Assembly (NCBI RefSeq): GCF_021028975.2
Contig: NC_059439.1
Location: 21,142,001-21,206,000 of the forward strand
Direction: 5' to 3'
Origin: Sphaerodactylus townsendi
Taxonomy: Eukaryota
Length of the DNA: 64,000 nucleotides
The translations under genes were made by a program, and so were the position numbers. Within the stretch, counting starts at the first letter, position 1; every line of letters starts with the position of its first letter. Positions 61,029 through 64,000 of this stretch are shown here, one piece after another. Below the pieces are notes generated by a model. It was not told the DNA's origin, did not search any database, and saw only the letters and a list, made by a program, of their open reading frames with translations.

Positions 61029-63890
61029 TCAGTCGACATGACATTCCATTGTGGCCTCCCATAGAGGGACGTCTAAACCTTTACGTGTTTCCACTGGTCG
61101 TACAACTTTCTCAGAAGGGTTAAATGATGTGGGAACAAGAGGATGCATAGGCTCCAATAATATCTTTTGTGTTTCAGGTCTCATAGGCGGATCTATTTCG
61201 GTTGCTTCTACTTCTATTGAATTAATAGAAAGGCAAGTTCCATTCTCTGATGCATTACAACGAGAAGAAATGGGTATCCCTTCATCTTCTGGAGTAGCTA
61301 TAGATTCCTTCTGGATATTTGTCCCAGAGAGATTTGCATTATGCAGTGTTTCCTTAAGTGATGATGAGATTATGTTGGAATTTCTAATGGTTGAATCCTA
61401 AGGTATGATTATTTATACTTGCTTGGTTGATGTTATCTTTAATACTAATTTGGGCTTGAGGTCTTGTTTTCTTCCCTGTACATAAAGATTTAAGAGGGCC
61501 AGCCGAAGAACACAGAGAATTTGTAAAATTATCTAGAAGTAGTCTAATATGCTCTTGCTTATTTATGTTATGTTCTCTTACATAGTTGAAATTATGAGAG
61601 AGAAATTATGACCTTGATTGCGCTAATGTCCATTTATTTTTAATACCTGCTGGGATTGTTAGCAAACTCCCCCTTCTATGACGGGGGAAGCTGCTTTATT
61701 AACCAAATAGACTACAGGTAATTTTTTTAAAGTGAGGGAATCTTTTCCTCTACAAAAACTCTGTGAGTAGACTGGTTCTGGTGGGTTTTCCGGGCTGTGT
61801 GGCCATGGTCTGGTGGATTTTGTTCCTAACGTTTCGCCTGCATCTGTGGCTGGCATCTTCAGAAGTGTATCACAGAGAAAAGTCTGTTTCACATTGTGTC
61901 TAAGGCGGATTCCGCATGGGCCAAAAACAGTGGTGTGAAAATGGTGTGAAAACAGTGTAAACCCTTTTACACCGTTTTAAACCATTTTATCTGTGAGTAT
62001 CTGTGAGTAGATATTTCAAAGGAAGGGAGAAATCTCCACATTTTTATCAGCATTCAAAAGACTGTTGGACAGCCACATGTTAAAAGTAATCTCATCCTAT
62101 TTAAATGTCTAGAAAGTTTCTCAGTGTTAATGAGATCAATAAATTGTGCCTCTGTGCATAAAATCAAGCTCAGAGAATGTGGAAGATCTCTATTATTTGG
62201 CCAACATCCTCAATTTAAATAATTGGGACTATATGATTCACTTATGAGCAAAGTATAGAGCTTTCTTTCCCTTTTTCTTGATGGTTAATCCCTTCTAATA
62301 TAGAAGTTAGATGTGTGTGGGTCATTAGGTATGTTGATTGCTTTATTAGTATTTAGTATCCTTATTTTCTGGTGGAGGCGTATCTGATTTCTTATTGAAA
62401 GTTTTAAATGCCTTAGTAAGCGTATCCAACTTACTAGAAATGCAATTAAGTTTTTGAAAGAATCCTTTTTCTGTTAGCAGATGATGGTTACTTATAAATT
62501 TCAGACAAGAATAATTTAGAAAGTCATTTTGGAAGTCCTTTGGAGATCGTTTGCCTGGCTTCTCTCCTACAAATGATCTTTCTTCACTATGAAGAATAAT
62601 AATAATAATTGGATTTATATCCCACCTTTCTCTCTTGTAAGGAGACTCAAGGTGGCTTACAAGCTCCTTCCCCTTCTTCTCCCCACAACAGACACCTTGT
62701 GAGGTAGGTGGGGCTGAGAGAGATCTGAAGAACTGTGACTAGCCCAAGGTCACCAGCAGAAATTTAGGAGTGTGGAAACACACCTGGTTTCTGCACTCCT
62801 ACATTCCTTGTTACAGTCACCATTGTCCTTTCTTTTTTCCATTTGACTGCAATGGAGGCAGACATTTCTCGTGTAGAAACAAATATCCCATATTTGCATT
62901 CATGTGGCGCCAGAATAGCTGGGTCACTTGCATTAGGGAAATGTGCTTTTTCAATTTCAGTTCCTAATTGAACTGGAACTTGAGTGTGAACAAAATCAAC
63001 TTGAAGTTTTACTTTTTGAAACTGACTTCTTGGGAGGAATTGATTTCTTGCGCTCAATATCACGCTTCCACAACAGGGGAAGCTGCTTAATTTGCCAAAT
63101 AGATTCACCTTTGGATGCGCCGTCATTCACGTCAGTCTTATTTTCCCCCAATTGGGGTCCAATACAATAAATGAGTCTAGCAAATGAGAACCATAGACTG
63201 AAGGGCATGATCAGGAAGGAACTGTCCAGCACCCAAAGTATGAAGTTCTCAGTCCTGTTCACTGAATATTTGCGGTGTATCCCTCTCCCCCCACCCCTTT
63301 CATTCATATTATCTTTGAAACATGAGTTGGAGAACTTGCGTTTTTTGAGCATCTTTAGATATTCTTGCAACCTTAGTATCTTAGTGTCCTTGAAGCAGAA
63401 ACCCAGTATTGGTGGGTTTGGCATGGATCATGCTATGGAAACATAGACGAAACCCTTGCAACTGCAAGAGACATTGTGGTTGCAAAAAAACTCCATGCAC
63501 GTTCATTAAGATACAATGTTGAATTTATATTGACCAAAATACTCAATAGCTGGAAGAGATGAATAAGTAGTGGATATCTCAAAATAGATGTTAGGCTTGT
63601 TACAGCCACAACCACACCGGTTCAGCTTAGGATCTATTTTGAGGCACCAAGTAGTTTGACTGTTCTTTCCTTTGTGGTTTTGTTAATGCAGTTTAATATT
63701 TTATCTTGATGGGGATGTTTAGCTTTTACAGTTGCATTCGTGGCAGGTTTGTTTGTCTGTCTTGCGGAAGGTTGCCAGCTGTGATTTGGGAAATTTCTGA
63801 ACATTTGGGAGCTTTGCCTGCAGAAGGCAAAATATGAGGAGGAGCACGGGTTAACCAATAAAGTAAGAGAAGCTCAAGAAAGCTCAAGCC
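61029..63890 (-). pseudogene. Unidentified decayed coding-like region, possibly a membrane protein with a long polar tail
   Basis: Successive minus-strand open stretches (63858-63634, 63615-63433, 63424-62996, about 62590-62350, 61397-61029) broken by stops, frameshifts, a SINE and a Penelope insertion. Hydrophobic segments such as FILWVLDSSFLIMPFSLWFSFARLIYCIG. Confidence 0.3.
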
Positions 63891-64000
63891 GATACAGAAT
63901 AAAATCAGTTTGAATTTTATTCAGCCAACTGGGGCAAAAATAGTATCAGAGGAGCCTGAATCAAAATGGCAGTGTGTTCTTAGCATATAGCATTATAGCA

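Overview
Vertebrate genomic DNA, very likely a squamate reptile (gecko-like), judged from Sauria-type SINEs, CR1/L1/Rex1 LINE fragments and capsid-extended SCAN genes. Genes, left to right: (1) ATF5 (+), with its two-uORF leader reconstructed across intron 1 and an apparent 1-nt frameshift in exon 2; (2) a complete 26-coding-exon LIG1 (-), convergent with ATF5; (3) a ZSWIM9-like, Mutator-transposase-derived gene (-); (4) a transposon nest (internally deleted Helitron, truncated hAT transposase); (5) a head-to-head pair of SCAN-C2H2 zinc-finger genes that retain an extended Ty3/gypsy capsid-like region; (6) an unidentified, decayed coding-like region at the right end. Interspersed repeats include a solo LTR with a 6-bp TSD, palindromic hAT and Harbinger MITEs, Penelope-type fragments with minimal hammerhead ribozyme cores, and a 48-bp minisatellite. 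A 164-nt assembly gap lies at 49837-50000. No CRISPR, rRNA or true tRNA genes are supported. Most systems here belong to known families. The best leads are the full-capsid SCAN pair, the ATF5 frame anomaly and the hammerhead motifs. All family calls are from recall of family features, not database searches, and several single-base frame breaks may be assembly errors.
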